Below, in pieces: positions 28,952 to 39,333 of a DNA stretch of 64,000 bases. The first letter of the stretch is position 1. The number at the start of each line of letters is the position of its first letter. Under the pieces are notes generated by a model. It did not search any database, had not been told where the DNA came from, and worked only from the letters and a program-made list of their open reading frames with translations. Both the position numbers and the translations under genes were made by a program. The stretch is from Thermodesulfobacteriota bacterium. Its GTDB lineage: Bacteria; Desulfobacterota_D; UBA1144; Nemesobacterales; UBA2774. The DNA is taken from contig OZ244991.1 in assembly GCA_965223335.1 (NCBI GenBank), positions 2,603,484-2,667,483 of the forward strand, given 5' to 3'.

Positions 28952-29908
28952 TTACACAGTGCTACTATTAACCAGCGATAATACATCCTCGGCACACCCC
29001 CACGACAGTGTAAACCCCGCTCCCCCGTGCCCATAGTTATGCACGGCTGTACAGTTCTCACCTATGGTCTCGGCCTCAAGCCTGACCTCTGTCCTCCCGG
29101 GTCTAAGCCCTACTACGTGGTCGAGTACCCGAACCCCCTCGAGTCTGGGCTCAAGGGCTCTGCACCGCACCATAATCCTGTGTGCAGTCTCTTCGTCGGG
29201 GACCGTGTCCCAGTCGCCCTCCAGTGCAGTCCCGCCCAGAACACAGTCTTGGCTCCTAGGTACAATGTAGGTGGGTGTGTCTTCCTCGCTAATGCATACG
29301 TTTAGTCCCGGGTTAGATGTTCTTATAATCTGCCCCCTTATTGGGAAAACATCTTTATCCTCACAGAGCTCCCCCGCACCAAGACCCGTACAGTTTACTA
29401 TCACTCGATTTTGCGCGCATAATGACTCAAGCGACTCGATCTTCCCCTCCAACTTCTCCAAGGTGCCACCAAGCCCGGCAAACATATCAAGTAAATAATT
29501 CATGTATATGGGGGTTTCGATTAGAGGGACCTCCGCCAGAAAACCGTCAATAAAATCCCCCGGTACCCGCCCGCTCTCGACCCTTCTAAACGACCTAACA
29601 GCAACCTTCCAAAACGGGTCCTCTACGTTTCGGTCAAAGACCTTGAGCAGCTCTATCATAGACACGCCAGTTTTGGGGTTTTTACTCAGTTCTAAAAACT
29701 TATTGTATGAAACCGTGGCCCATCCAAGCGCTTTATCTTTGGGTGCCACCTTGTATGGAAACCAATATGCCGCAGCTACATTAGAGGTGATATTAGGCGG
29801 GAGCTCAAAAGCCACTATCCTCGCACCATAGCCCTCCTCGAGGAGTCTGATACCACAGCTTAGCCCCGAGACCCCGGCCCCGATTATTAATACATCCCCC
29901 GTGCTCAT
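28952..29908 (-). CDS. D-amino acid oxidase (DAO family FAD oxidoreductase)
   Basis: IIGAGVSG, SNVAAA, VNCTGLGA, PIRGQ, GLRPGR, HNYGHGGAGFTLSWGCA. Confidence 0.92.
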   Translation of the reverse strand: MSTGDVLIIGAGVSGLSCGIRLLEEGYGARIVAFELPPNITSNVAAAYWFPYKVAPKDKALGWATVSYNKFLELSKNPKTGVSMIELLKVFDRNVEDPFWKVAVRSFRRVESGRVPGDFIDGFLAEVPLIETPIYMNYLLDMFAGLGGTLEKLEGKIESLESLCAQNRVIVNCTGLGAGELCEDKDVFPIRGQIIRTSNPGLNVCISEEDTPTYIVPRSQDCVLGGTALEGDWDTVPDEETAHRIMVRCRALEPRLEGVRVLDHVVGLRPGRTEVRLEAETIGENCTAVHNYGHGGAGFTLSWGCAEDVLSLVNSSTV

Positions 29909-29914
29909 AGCAAT

Positions 29915-30709
29915 CTACCCACCACCTCTTGCCTCGTTTACCATCTCTACCAGCACCTCTCTGGTCTCTTTAGTATCCCTAACCTGACGCTTAAATCCGA
30001 CTCTGCGGCTAAACACCTCTCCGCCATTCTTAAAACGTGCATTAAACCCGAGTTTATCCAATGAAGTGATAAAACCCTCGTCGGCTTGAATCCCCCCGAA
30101 ATATCGTGCAATCAACACTATGGCATCACCATGGTCTTGGTTCATATGCTCTATAATTGCCCCTGCCGTGTCACAAAGCGGGTCTACCTCGGCCACGCTG
30201 TAATCCCTGGCCCCCACCCAGCCCATTGCTCCGAACCCTCCTACAAAGTAGATATCTTTTATCTCCATACGGTAGAAATAAAAATCATCAAAATCCACCC
30301 AGTAGCTCGCGTTCGGATAACGCGCTAAATAGAGCTCACGTGCCTCGGACAGCTCCAATTCCGGCACCTTAGACACCTCCCCCATCAACGTCACTCTCGA
30401 GGCATCCAGCGGGTCTCCCTTAGTGTCCGTCTGCGTTACAAAGAGACTTGCCCTTGGGTCCCGCTCTATGTTATGTGTGTGCATTGCCATCGTGCTGATC
30501 AAAAAAATCGGCCTGCCGCCGGGATCAAGTCCATACGGCATCATAGAGCCGAACGGCCAGTCGGGGTGCTTCTTAGAGAGGGTCGAGAGTGTGCCCACCC
30601 TGTTTCTGTATATGAGTGTCCTTACCCTCTCGGGATATGTGGGTTCGGGCACTGGTTTATCGTTTGTGGGTTCCGTTGTGTAACCGTGTTGTCTCGACTC
30701 TTTACTCAC
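29915..30709 (-). CDS. HugZ-like split-barrel (PNPOx-like) protein with DUF2470-type C-terminal domain
   Basis: GTLSTLS..PFGS..Y; AMHTHNI..DPRASL; FVGGFG; IIEHMNQDH. Confidence 0.88.
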   Translation of the reverse strand: MSKESRQHGYTTEPTNDKPVPEPTYPERVRTLIYRNRVGTLSTLSKKHPDWPFGSMMPYGLDPGGRPIFLISTMAMHTHNIERDPRASLFVTQTDTKGDPLDASRVTLMGEVSKVPELELSEARELYLARYPNASYWVDFDDFYFYRMEIKDIYFVGGFGAMGWVGARDYSVAEVDPLCDTAGAIIEHMNQDHGDAIVLIARYFGGIQADEGFITSLDKLGFNARFKNGGEVFSRRVGFKRQVRDTKETREVLVEMVNEARGGG

Positions 30710-31028
30710 TCGTCACCTCTCCTTTGGACAGTGCTACTCTCCCAAAGATTACTACATGAAAGAGCGCCATTCCCCAAAGTATACTGTTTAAAACAAACGG
30801 GATATATCCCCAGAGCCCCGGGAGCCAATCGGCAGGCATTACTTCCAAGAAAAAATTCAACGGGAATGTGAGTACACCTAGCACGATTCCTGCCCCGCTA
30901 TCTACCCAGCCCGGTTCGGTTAAGGTATCGAACCGTGTCATAGCCCGGCCAAACACATATACAATCAACAGCATGCACACCAGAAAATGTGCAATTGATA
31001 ATATTGCTATCTTAAGTTTGGATCCCAT
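30702..31028 (-). CDS. Small membrane protein
   Basis: Three hydrophobic segments; overlaps the start of the HugZ-like gene (operon-like). Confidence 0.65.
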   Translation of the reverse strand: MGSKLKIAILSIAHFLVCMLLIVYVFGRAMTRFDTLTEPGWVDSGAGIVLGVLTFPLNFFLEVMPADWLPGLWGYIPFVLNSILWGMALFHVVIFGRVALSKGEVTSE

Positions 31029-31205
31029 ATAGAATTATTATCACATCGGAATGGGCATTATACGAGTCTGAGTTTAATACGCTTTACTCAAGCTACGCAC
31101 CCGGAGATCCAATCTTATTATATGCAACGGTTATAAACTTAGTCCCACTCAACGCAATCCGGTCGTAGATTTCAAAAAAGACGATTTACATTTACAATAA
31201 ACCCG

Positions 31206-32237
31206 ATGGTCAAGTTTATAGACGAGGCTAAAATCTACGTAAAATCAGGTGACGGCGGGGACGGTTGTGTGAGTTTCAGGCGCGAGAAATATGTCCCACG
31301 GGGCGGGCCCAACGGCGGTGACGGTGGCAACGGGGGCGATGTCGTGATTATAGCCAAACGCAACATGAACTCGCTACTCGACCACCGCTATAAACAGCAC
31401 TACAAGGCCAAGCGGGGTACACATGGACGTGGCAAAAACCAGCACGGCAAAAACGCCAAACACCTCTACATTCCGGTGCCCCCCGGCACAGTCGTTAAGG
31501 ATCATACGAACGGAGAGATCCTAGGCGACCTCACCGAGAACGAACAAACGTTAGTCGTAGCCAAAGGGGGACGGGGTGGCAGGGGGAACGCCAGGTTTGT
31601 AAGCTCTGTGAACCAAGCCCCCAAAGAAGCCGAGCCTGGATCCGAGGGCGAAGAAAAAACGCTTTACCTAGAACTAAAACTTCTTGCAGACGTCGGGATC
31701 ATCGGGTTTCCAAACGCAGGCAAGTCCACACTTATTTCACGTATATCCGCAGCACGCCCCAAGATCGCCGGCTACCCGTTCACCACACTGGTCCCCAACC
31801 TAGGTGTGGTTAGCTACGGGAACGGCAATACATTTGTGGTAGCCGATATCCCGGGCCTTATCGAGGGTGCCCACGAGGGTGCGGGACTGGGTATCCAGTT
31901 TTTAAGGCATATAGAGCGCACAAAACTCTTGGTACACCTGCTCGATCTCTCACCCATCACCAACCGAGACCCCAGAGAAGATTACGAAACTATGCAAAAA
32001 GAGCTCCGTTCCTACAGCGAAGAACTCTCTCGGAAACCACAGATTGTTGCAGCAAATAAGATCGACATTACAGAAGCCCGCGAGATACTCCCGGGCCTTG
32101 AGGAGCATTTCAACAAACTGGGGATCAAGATAATCCCCATCTCATCCGCTACAGGTGAGGGGCTATTAAGTTTAATCCAAGAGGTAAGCTCCACCCTGGA
32201 AAAGATAACCAAACAACCGCAGACTGCGTCTCATTAA
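31206..32237 (+). CDS. obgE: GTPase ObgE/CgtA
   Basis: Gly-rich Obg domain; GFPNAGKS, YPFTTL, DIPG, NKID. Confidence 0.97.
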   Translation: MVKFIDEAKIYVKSGDGGDGCVSFRREKYVPRGGPNGGDGGNGGDVVIIAKRNMNSLLDHRYKQHYKAKRGTHGRGKNQHGKNAKHLYIPVPPGTVVKDHTNGEILGDLTENEQTLVVAKGGRGGRGNARFVSSVNQAPKEAEPGSEGEEKTLYLELKLLADVGIIGFPNAGKSTLISRISAARPKIAGYPFTTLVPNLGVVSYGNGNTFVVADIPGLIEGAHEGAGLGIQFLRHIERTKLLVHLLDLSPITNRDPREDYETMQKELRSYSEELSRKPQIVAANKIDITEAREILPGLEEHFNKLGIKIIPISSATGEGLLSLIQEVSSTLEKITKQPQTASH

Positions 32238-32324
32238 ATGATCACCGCAACCTCACCATCACAGGTAGATAGCCCTAAAAAATTACGATGGAACTACTCG
32301 ATTTTATCCTTTACACTATTTTGT

Positions 32325-32759
32325 ATGAGAAAATCGGTCCTAATAATCGGTGTTTTAGCATTACTGGCAACCCCTTTCATTACGGTTGCACAAGACCAAC
32401 CCGAGGCACCCAGTGAACAGCTTCCTACCAGCAACCAGATACTCCACCCTGAGTGGTACCTCAAGGTCGTCAGGTGGTCGTTCTTTGTCCCGGCGCGCGT
32501 AGCCATGCTAAGCCACGTCCAAATAGTAAACACAGCCGATATCGCATACAAGGATATCAAGATCAGGGCCTCCTACACTTCCTACTCAGGTGTTGCCCCG
32601 GGCCAGACCATTGCTACCAACGTAGGCACGCTCCCCGTGACCGTACCCCCCAAGAGCCACGACGTATACATAAAGAGTGGGATGCCATTCGGTGCAGGTT
32701 CATGGGATTATAGAATCAGCAATATTGAGGTCCTAGACGCCACCCCCATAAAAGATTAA
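32325..32759 (+). CDS. Secreted hypothetical beta-sandwich protein
   Basis: Signal peptide from MRKSVL; NT..IAYKDI.I...Y. The ORF track starts at 32238. Confidence 0.7.
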   Translation: MRKSVLIIGVLALLATPFITVAQDQPEAPSEQLPTSNQILHPEWYLKVVRWSFFVPARVAMLSHVQIVNTADIAYKDIKIRASYTSYSGVAPGQTIATNVGTLPVTVPPKSHDVYIKSGMPFGAGSWDYRISNIEVLDATPIKD

Positions 32760-32926
32760 GACCGCATAAGGGTGCTCAAACACCCACCCATGCCGATCAA
32801 CACAGAGCAGCCCAATAGTAATAGCCCTAGCGTGATCCGTAATGCGCAGAATAGCAGGTGAAAAATAATCCAAAACAGGTTAGATTATATCCCTGCTAAT
32901 CCAGTTAGATAGACCATAGGGGGTAC

Positions 32927-33280
32927 TTGACATTGTTATTCGATAGAAAAATTGATTTCAGTGAAGATAAAAAAGAAGAGTGGGATCTCATACGTTCAAA
33001 GATAGGTGATGGATACGAGGTACCGCTACCCGACTCCGAAAGGTGGTTCCATGCATCGGTGGACGGAGATACCATTAAAATCGAGACTGCCAGACACAAC
33101 GTAAGGCCCCTGGTATTGCACGAGAACCCGGTTATCACCTTCGAGGAATTTTGCACAGTTGCCACAACCTACAACGACTTCCTCCACCTCTCGGTCAGCA
33201 CCATGGGCACAACTCACGACGTTAAGGAAAGCACAGCTAACCTTAAGTTTATATTTATGTTGATTTATCACCTTGTCTAA
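32927..33280 (+). CDS. Hypothetical protein
   Basis: TTG start after GGGGG; 117 aa with natural composition. Confidence 0.65.
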   Translation: MTLLFDRKIDFSEDKKEEWDLIRSKIGDGYEVPLPDSERWFHASVDGDTIKIETARHNVRPLVLHENPVITFEEFCTVATTYNDFLHLSVSTMGTTHDVKESTANLKFIFMLIYHLV

Positions 33281-33319
33281 TTTTGGCTATAGTGTGTGCT
33301 CAGTAGGCATAGGTTCTTA

Positions 33320-34159
33320 TTAGAATAGGTATGGACTTGATAGGGGGTTTGTCGGGGCATAGTGCTCGATATCCACATACTGCCAATAGTTTGTAATCTC
33401 TTGGGGCAGTAATTTCCCCACAGCTTTTACACCATACTCGATAATCTCACGGCCCAGTATATGTATCACGTCTATCCCTGCGCGCTTGAGCATCCTGTCT
33501 TTAGAGAGCTGGTTCTCCTCCCCGTCGCGTCTCATCGAGTCAATCTCCACTGCAACCAGCTTTTGCCCCGTCCAAAAGAGGAAATCCACGACCACCATGT
33601 TCTCGGGATTAAAGTTATACGACTCCTCGAACAGGTCCTCTACATACAGCTGCGCCTGTGGGATCGGCAGCAATGCATCAAACGCAATGTTCGGATCGGT
33701 CTCCTCGAACGACACCTCTTGGTTCTGGCGGTTGAGTTTAGATTTAAGCAGCCAGTAGGCCTGGAAGGTAATCGAATTCGAACTGCATAGCTCAAAGTAT
33801 AGATCCAGGAATCTATTCTCGAACTCAGTGTCCTTATCGGTATATCTCTTCATCTGGGACTTCAGATACTCATAGGACTCGGATCCGTCCTCAATCTCAG
33901 GAAAAGAAATGGGAAACACATCCTCTACATTTTTAAGTGTCAGAGGTGAGGCCAGGTTCTTGTCGATATATATCATCGGTGATTCGCTCTCGAAATATGT
34001 GGCCTCGGTCGATATCCCCGACATTTTGATCGCATCGACTTCCCACTTGGTCACCCCAAAAGGGATAAGCAGGTGGTTTTTAACTTTGATCTTTAATCTC
34101 TTCGCCTGCGCCTTTGCTTTCTCCATCCTCATCCTCCCCCTTGCTAAATCATCTACCAA
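33320..34159 (-). CDS. Hypothetical protein with C-terminal DUF559/Vsr-like PD-(D/E)xK domain
   Basis: PQAQL...VVDFLF...VAVEIDS...KDRMLKRAGIDVIHI. Probable start ATG 34132 after GGGGAGG. Confidence 0.7.
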   Translation of the reverse strand: MVDDLARGRMRMEKAKAQAKRLKIKVKNHLLIPFGVTKWEVDAIKMSGISTEATYFESESPMIYIDKNLASPLTLKNVEDVFPISFPEIEDGSESYEYLKSQMKRYTDKDTEFENRFLDLYFELCSSNSITFQAYWLLKSKLNRQNQEVSFEETDPNIAFDALLPIPQAQLYVEDLFEESYNFNPENMVVVDFLFWTGQKLVAVEIDSMRRDGEENQLSKDRMLKRAGIDVIHILGREIIEYGVKAVGKLLPQEITNYWQYVDIEHYAPTNPLSSPYLF

Positions 34160-34355
34160 CTAACCCAAATTATACATCAGATCTTTTCCTCTCAAAGTAC
34201 TATTTTTATTAACAATCTACTATCAGGCACTTGTTTTCAGTGATTGAAATAAGTATGATATTCGGGCGGGAATGGAGTCCGAACCTACCAAGATTTAACC
34301 ATAAACGGTCGATAATATTCGGCACTCTAAATACATTGAAACTGGGGACAAGAAA

Positions 34356-35204
34356 ATGTTAAAAAGTAACCACAAGCACTGCGTAGAGGTTTATAATCGA
34401 ATCTGGATCAAATCTTTATTTTTACTGACGGCCTTATTCTTTTGCGCTCAGATAACCGGCCTTACAACACCATCTTATGCTCGGGACATAGACCCAAAAG
34501 CAGACGAGGTTCTTAAGAAAATGAGTTATTATCTAGGCAGCAAATACGAATACACATATAAAGCAGAGATCATGTTCGACGAGAACAATCCCATAGGGAT
34601 GAAGCTTCAGAACTCTGCAGAACAAAAGGTCTATGTGCACAAGCCCAATCAGATCTTCATCGAATACCAGAGCGATATCGGGGGTCTTAAATTTTGGTAT
34701 AACGACTCAATTGCCACACTTCTCGAATTCCCAAGCACTCAGTACTCCAATGTAAAGCTACCCAGCACCATCGATCAGGCACTAAAGAAATTACAGAAAG
34801 ACTATAACTTCTCGCTCCCTCTAACAGAGTTCATTTTTGTAAACCCATATAAAACACTGCTGGAAAATGTCCGCTCGGGTATCTATGTCGGCACCAGTAA
34901 AGTTTTTGGAGTTGTATGCGACCACCTGGCGTTTCAGCAGCAAGACATAGACTGGCAGCTATGGATCGAGACCGGCAAGAACAAAAACCCCTTGCCCAGA
35001 AAACTCGTAATAACCTACAAAAACATGCCCTCATCCCCGCAGTTTATCGCTATAATTAAAGACTGGGTAATTGATAAACCAATAACCAAGTTCGTTTTCA
35101 AACCCGATATCCCTAAATTCGCCGAAAGAACCGATATGAACGCCATCACCACCACTTCTGCTAGCTTCCCGAAAACGATTCAAAGTTCAGGTATTGGAAA
35201 TTAG
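34356..35204 (+). CDS. DUF2092 periplasmic protein
   Basis: Signal peptide; LKKMS.YL; TIDQAL; CDHLAFQQQDIDWQLWI; PRKLVITYK. Confidence 0.85.
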   Translation: MLKSNHKHCVEVYNRIWIKSLFLLTALFFCAQITGLTTPSYARDIDPKADEVLKKMSYYLGSKYEYTYKAEIMFDENNPIGMKLQNSAEQKVYVHKPNQIFIEYQSDIGGLKFWYNDSIATLLEFPSTQYSNVKLPSTIDQALKKLQKDYNFSLPLTEFIFVNPYKTLLENVRSGIYVGTSKVFGVVCDHLAFQQQDIDWQLWIETGKNKNPLPRKLVITYKNMPSSPQFIAIIKDWVIDKPITKFVFKPDIPKFAERTDMNAITTTSASFPKTIQSSGIGN

Positions 35205-35259
35205 GACGTAATATTTATAATATTTAAATAATAGATATGGTAGATATATTAAGAGCGAA

Positions 35260-35688
35260 ATGAACAGAATTGACTTAACTCACGATACAGATAGTGAACA
35301 CGGCAGAATTTTGATCATGGACGACGACGACATGATCCGCAACCTGCTCAACCGAGTGCTTACAACCCACGGCTACATAGTCGAGCTCGCAGAGGACGGC
35401 GGAAAGGCTCTTAACTTATACAAAGCGGCTATTGAAGCAGGTAACACTTTTGACGCTGTGATTCTGGACCTTACAGTCCCTGTGGGAATGGGTGGTCTTG
35501 AAACAGCTAGAGAGCTTATAAAAATAGATCCAAAGGCAGTATTAATCGTCTCAAGCGGCTATTCCGACAACGCCATAATGTCCGACTTCAGATCCTACGG
35601 GTTTTCAGGCATTGTGACTAAACCCTACAGGGTCGAAGACTTAATCTCTGCTCTAAAAGAGATAATATCCGAGAGCCAAACCACATAG
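35260..35688 (+). CDS. Stand-alone response regulator receiver protein
   Basis: ILIMDDD, VILDLTVP.GMGG, VSSGYS, TKPY. Confidence 0.92.
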   Translation: MNRIDLTHDTDSEHGRILIMDDDDMIRNLLNRVLTTHGYIVELAEDGGKALNLYKAAIEAGNTFDAVILDLTVPVGMGGLETARELIKIDPKAVLIVSSGYSDNAIMSDFRSYGFSGIVTKPYRVEDLISALKEIISESQTT

Positions 35689-35690
35689 AT

Positions 35691-35915
35691 TTATTCGAAA
35701 TAGCAGGTCCCGGATTTAGGTATCCCGCCCCCTGTTTCCTCCTCTTCTTCAAACGAGTACTGACAGTAACATACCCCTATCTCACCGCAGTCATACGACG
35801 TAGTACACTCCTTTCCTTTGTTACAGTCTGTGCACTCTGCTTTTGGCGTAGTCATATAAATCCCAACCCCAAATAGCAGTGCAATAATTAATAACGATAT
35901 AGCATAACGGCTCAT
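35691..35915 (-). CDS. Small secreted cysteine-rich protein
   Basis: Signal peptide followed by CTDC..C....C....CYC...C. Confidence 0.6.
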   Translation of the reverse strand: MSRYAISLLIIALLFGVGIYMTTPKAECTDCNKGKECTTSYDCGEIGVCYCQYSFEEEEETGGGIPKSGTCYFE

Positions 35916-35991
35916 ATCACATGCCCCCTATACTGGTTTTGTTAACTATAAAGCACCTCACCTATCGTTGGTCCACATTGTGCATCCATGC

Positions 35992-36533
35992 TCAATTAAG
36001 AAGATTATGTATTCCTACTAACACTGCCCCTATTAACACCGCACCCAGACCAAGCACAATCCCTTTCAACCTCCCTTATCCTACGATAACACCCGAGAGG
36101 TAACCACACACAAATAAGTTGATCATCAGAACATACTCCACTATAGCAAATGCCGTTTTCATCGCAATCAATCCGATCCCGGCCACTGAAAATATTATGA
36201 TAGGTATTGTTACCACCTTACTAAGATCCCTAAGAACCCCGGGCAAGAGAAAAAAAGATCCCTGGTCCGGCCCTTTTGTTTCACTACCCTCTGAGCAACC
36301 GAATCGGCATAAAGACGCGAGACCTGAATGCCCAACACTGTTACTATTAGGATCATTATAATCTTAAGCGCGCTGGGTGGACTATCCTCTAAACCCGTCA
36401 GTATTGCCAATACGATAATCGTCTGATAAATGGCAGTCGATACATATTTTTCATTCAGCAAGTCCTCTTTTAGGTTCCTTTTTAGCTTTACAAGTAAACA
36501 ATAAAACTTATATCTGATTATTTTACTATCCAT
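35992..36533 (-). pseudogene. Disrupted multi-pass membrane protein
   Basis: ORF 36210-36533 (AIYQTIIVLAIL...LYADSVA) continues in another frame as VTIPIIIFSVAGIGLI...SGVIVG*GRLKGIVLGLGAVLIGAVLVGIHNLLN*. One frameshift plus one in-frame TAA. Confidence 0.7.
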
Positions 36534-36703
36534 ATTTTTTCTAGACGGGTCGACAATTATTTTGGGAATAGGAATTGCAGTTGCAAACGCAAGGTTCAGT
36601 CGGGCCCAGGGTCCGGTTTTTCTACGTTGTAAAACGCTTGTGTCTGTGCGTTTAAAAGGAGTTTATCTACCCGGAAGATCTTCCCCCTATCCTTATACTT
36701 GCA

Positions 36704-37789
36704 TCATAATATGAGAGCGAATAGGGCTATTAGTAAAAACAGCACTATATATACAACCCTTGCAATCTTCTCCACACCGATGGCTCTATCCCTCCTGCCC
36801 TCAGACGCCTCTCTGCTGGTTAATATCGCCACCCCAAGGGCCGTAAACACTAGCACAGTTGATAAGAACACAAATGTGTCCATCTTTGTGAAATACGATA
36901 TCTTCGGCAGGTTAAAACCCAATGTGAACCTATAGGCAATCAGCGTGAATATAGTAGCCGTAGACAACCCGACCTGCGGGCCTATCTGAGAAGGGTCGAT
37001 CCAAAACACTGCCCATGCCATAAGCACTATAAGACAAAGCGGAGCAACTATCTTCCACAAATAATAACCCTTCTCCCTCTCGGCTAACAGGTAAAAATCC
37101 ATCCTGGCAAAGCTCCGGCCCTGCTCCTTTACCACTTCCTCGGTGATCAGCGGATCCATCATTGCGATCTTCCAGCCCTCTATCGAAAAACTATCCCGTG
37201 AACCCGACATCTCCTTATCATGCACAAACTCAATCTTATCGGCATCCGGCCCGTAAGCAGCCAGCACAAAATGAAGCTCTTGCGTATCAAAGGGAAACTG
37301 TTCGAAGTTGAGGTCAGACGACAGTGTGCCTATATAGCGCTGCTTGAAATTTACGTTCCCGTCCTTGTCTATCTGCACGACCTTTTCCAAAAGCTCCTTG
37401 CCGTCGTCTCGGTTCGCATCCAGTACAAGTGGGTACCAAATCACTGAGCGGTCCACAATGCAGTCTTTGATCGATTTGCCGAGCGATTTCTCGGATAGAC
37501 GCGCATCGTTCCATGTAATGTTAAAAAACACATCTGCCGTGTAAGTCTGGTCTAAATCACTTATGTCCTTAAGGTCTATTAAATAGAATCCGACTTTAAC
37601 TGGAGTTTTGGTACCTTCGGGGTCAGGTCTGCCTACTTTTAGTTCTGGGGGGATAGTGCAGTCTACAGCTCTTTTTTCATTAACTGGCTCTTGCGCACCA
37701 CAATATGTGCTATAGCCCGGCCAAATATATATCAGCGTCAAGAAACTAATGAATATACTTAAGAACCACCTATTACCCTGCATTAACAT
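36704..37789 (-). CDS. Pentameric ligand-gated ion channel (GLIC/ELIC-like)
   Basis: Signal peptide; WND.RL, IWYP, FPFD Pro-loop, YYLWK..PL, four TM helices, LPKISYFT.MD. Confidence 0.92.
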   Translation of the reverse strand: MLMQGNRWFLSIFISFLTLIYIWPGYSTYCGAQEPVNEKRAVDCTIPPELKVGRPDPEGTKTPVKVGFYLIDLKDISDLDQTYTADVFFNITWNDARLSEKSLGKSIKDCIVDRSVIWYPLVLDANRDDGKELLEKVVQIDKDGNVNFKQRYIGTLSSDLNFEQFPFDTQELHFVLAAYGPDADKIEFVHDKEMSGSRDSFSIEGWKIAMMDPLITEEVVKEQGRSFARMDFYLLAEREKGYYLWKIVAPLCLIVLMAWAVFWIDPSQIGPQVGLSTATIFTLIAYRFTLGFNLPKISYFTKMDTFVFLSTVLVFTALGVAILTSREASEGRRDRAIGVEKIARVVYIVLFLLIALFALIL

Positions 37790-37826
37790 TCTATTAAACT
37801 AAACCACGGACATCTCTTTCAAACTC

Positions 37827-39086
37827 TTAAAACTTATAAGTCAGCTTGAGATTGAACGTATGATACTCATCACTAACACCAACACCATACACGAACGATA
37901 GGTTGAGCGCTTCTACAAAAGTGTCAGCAAGCTGCTTAATCGTAACTACACCAAAACCCATATCAAAGAATGAGTCAAGGTAAAGTTCATCACCCCAAAA
38001 CTTTGTGTGGTTAAGGAAAAATTTGAACCCAGCCGGGTTCCCCAAGAGGTCAAAATCAAAATGCTGGGTTATGTCACCGCCATTTCTGAGTACATAGTTT
38101 TTAAGGTCATAGCTAAGGTCCCAGCCCTTTATCTTGATACCGTCAATAGTACTGTTAAAACCCGCCATGGTGGCAAATCCCATATGAGTGGATCCAGTGT
38201 AATAATGAAAATAGTTTGTTGCTGAGGCCGAGTACATAATCGCCAAGGCACCGACATCAAAAGACCCCACACCCCCTATACGCCCCATCGGTGTCAGACT
38301 CCACCATTTTGTGGGACGATACTGAACACCAATGCCCAAAGATGCAAGGTATGACCATGCAGTCTGAGTATTTGTAAATGTAATAGGAAAATCGAATATT
38401 ATAGACAGTTTCGGGATACTCTTTAGGTTAATCCTATAATTTATCGGGATGTTGTAAACCTGCCCATTATAAGGTCCACCCCTGAAATACCCGAATTCTC
38501 CTCCAAACGTGAAATTGTTTTTTTGTCCCTCCACCGGAGTATTAGAACTTATAAATGGCCCCGTTATTCCCACATCAAAATCCGCTAGGAACATCCGCGT
38601 TTGCAGACTGTTAAAGTTGCCCGCGACAGGGTCTATAGGTGAGTCAGCTACTAATATTTTTAACAGCACCGTGAGTGATGCTGTTGGGGCATCTGATGAT
38701 TCAAATTCTCCCTGTAACCAGTCCTCGAATTGCTTTTGTGATTCATCCCTATTTCCACCGTCAAATTTAACCTCAAAATTCCTGCCCGGCACTCTAAAGA
38801 CTAACTCGCTCGAATTCTCAGCATAGGACAGTGTTGTACTGACACCCCTGAAATTCACGCCGGCAAACACCCCTGAGTTAGGTGTGTAGTTATCGAATAG
38901 ATCCTCAAGTGAAACGTTGTCAAAAAACTCTGTCACGTCAAGGATGCTGTTTGTAGACTCCCTGACTGTTTCGTCCCCAACAGTAATTTCAGCTATGAAC
39001 AGGTCTTTCGCTTGTGTCTCGGACGGAAAGTAAGTAATCGTAAGCGCAAAAAGTAGAGATAAGACTATGCAGTTTGTGATTTTCAT
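37827..39086 (-). CDS. Putative outer-membrane beta-barrel protein
   Basis: Signal peptide; alternating aromatic beta-strands in the C-terminal ~230 aa; ends LKLTYKF (BAM-type terminal Phe). Confidence 0.7.
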   Translation of the reverse strand: MKITNCIVLSLLFALTITYFPSETQAKDLFIAEITVGDETVRESTNSILDVTEFFDNVSLEDLFDNYTPNSGVFAGVNFRGVSTTLSYAENSSELVFRVPGRNFEVKFDGGNRDESQKQFEDWLQGEFESSDAPTASLTVLLKILVADSPIDPVAGNFNSLQTRMFLADFDVGITGPFISSNTPVEGQKNNFTFGGEFGYFRGGPYNGQVYNIPINYRINLKSIPKLSIIFDFPITFTNTQTAWSYLASLGIGVQYRPTKWWSLTPMGRIGGVGSFDVGALAIMYSASATNYFHYYTGSTHMGFATMAGFNSTIDGIKIKGWDLSYDLKNYVLRNGGDITQHFDFDLLGNPAGFKFFLNHTKFWGDELYLDSFFDMGFGVVTIKQLADTFVEALNLSFVYGVGVSDEYHTFNLKLTYKF

Positions 39087-39333
39087 GCCCCCCCTTTAAA
39101 ATAATCATTAGTAGCAAATAACTATCATTTCTCCTACCGAATAATTATTATATATCATGTTATGTCATTTCTGCAAGCATAAAAATACGTTCTAGTATGT
39201 AAATAATCGATGTATTATTTAACTTTCTACAACTACTTGTATGACGAAAGCTAGTTCATCTTAACAAGTCCTTAACGTTATTGTCGTATACTACTTCGGT
39301 GGATCAAAGAGACTCATGGAGGACTAAAAACAA

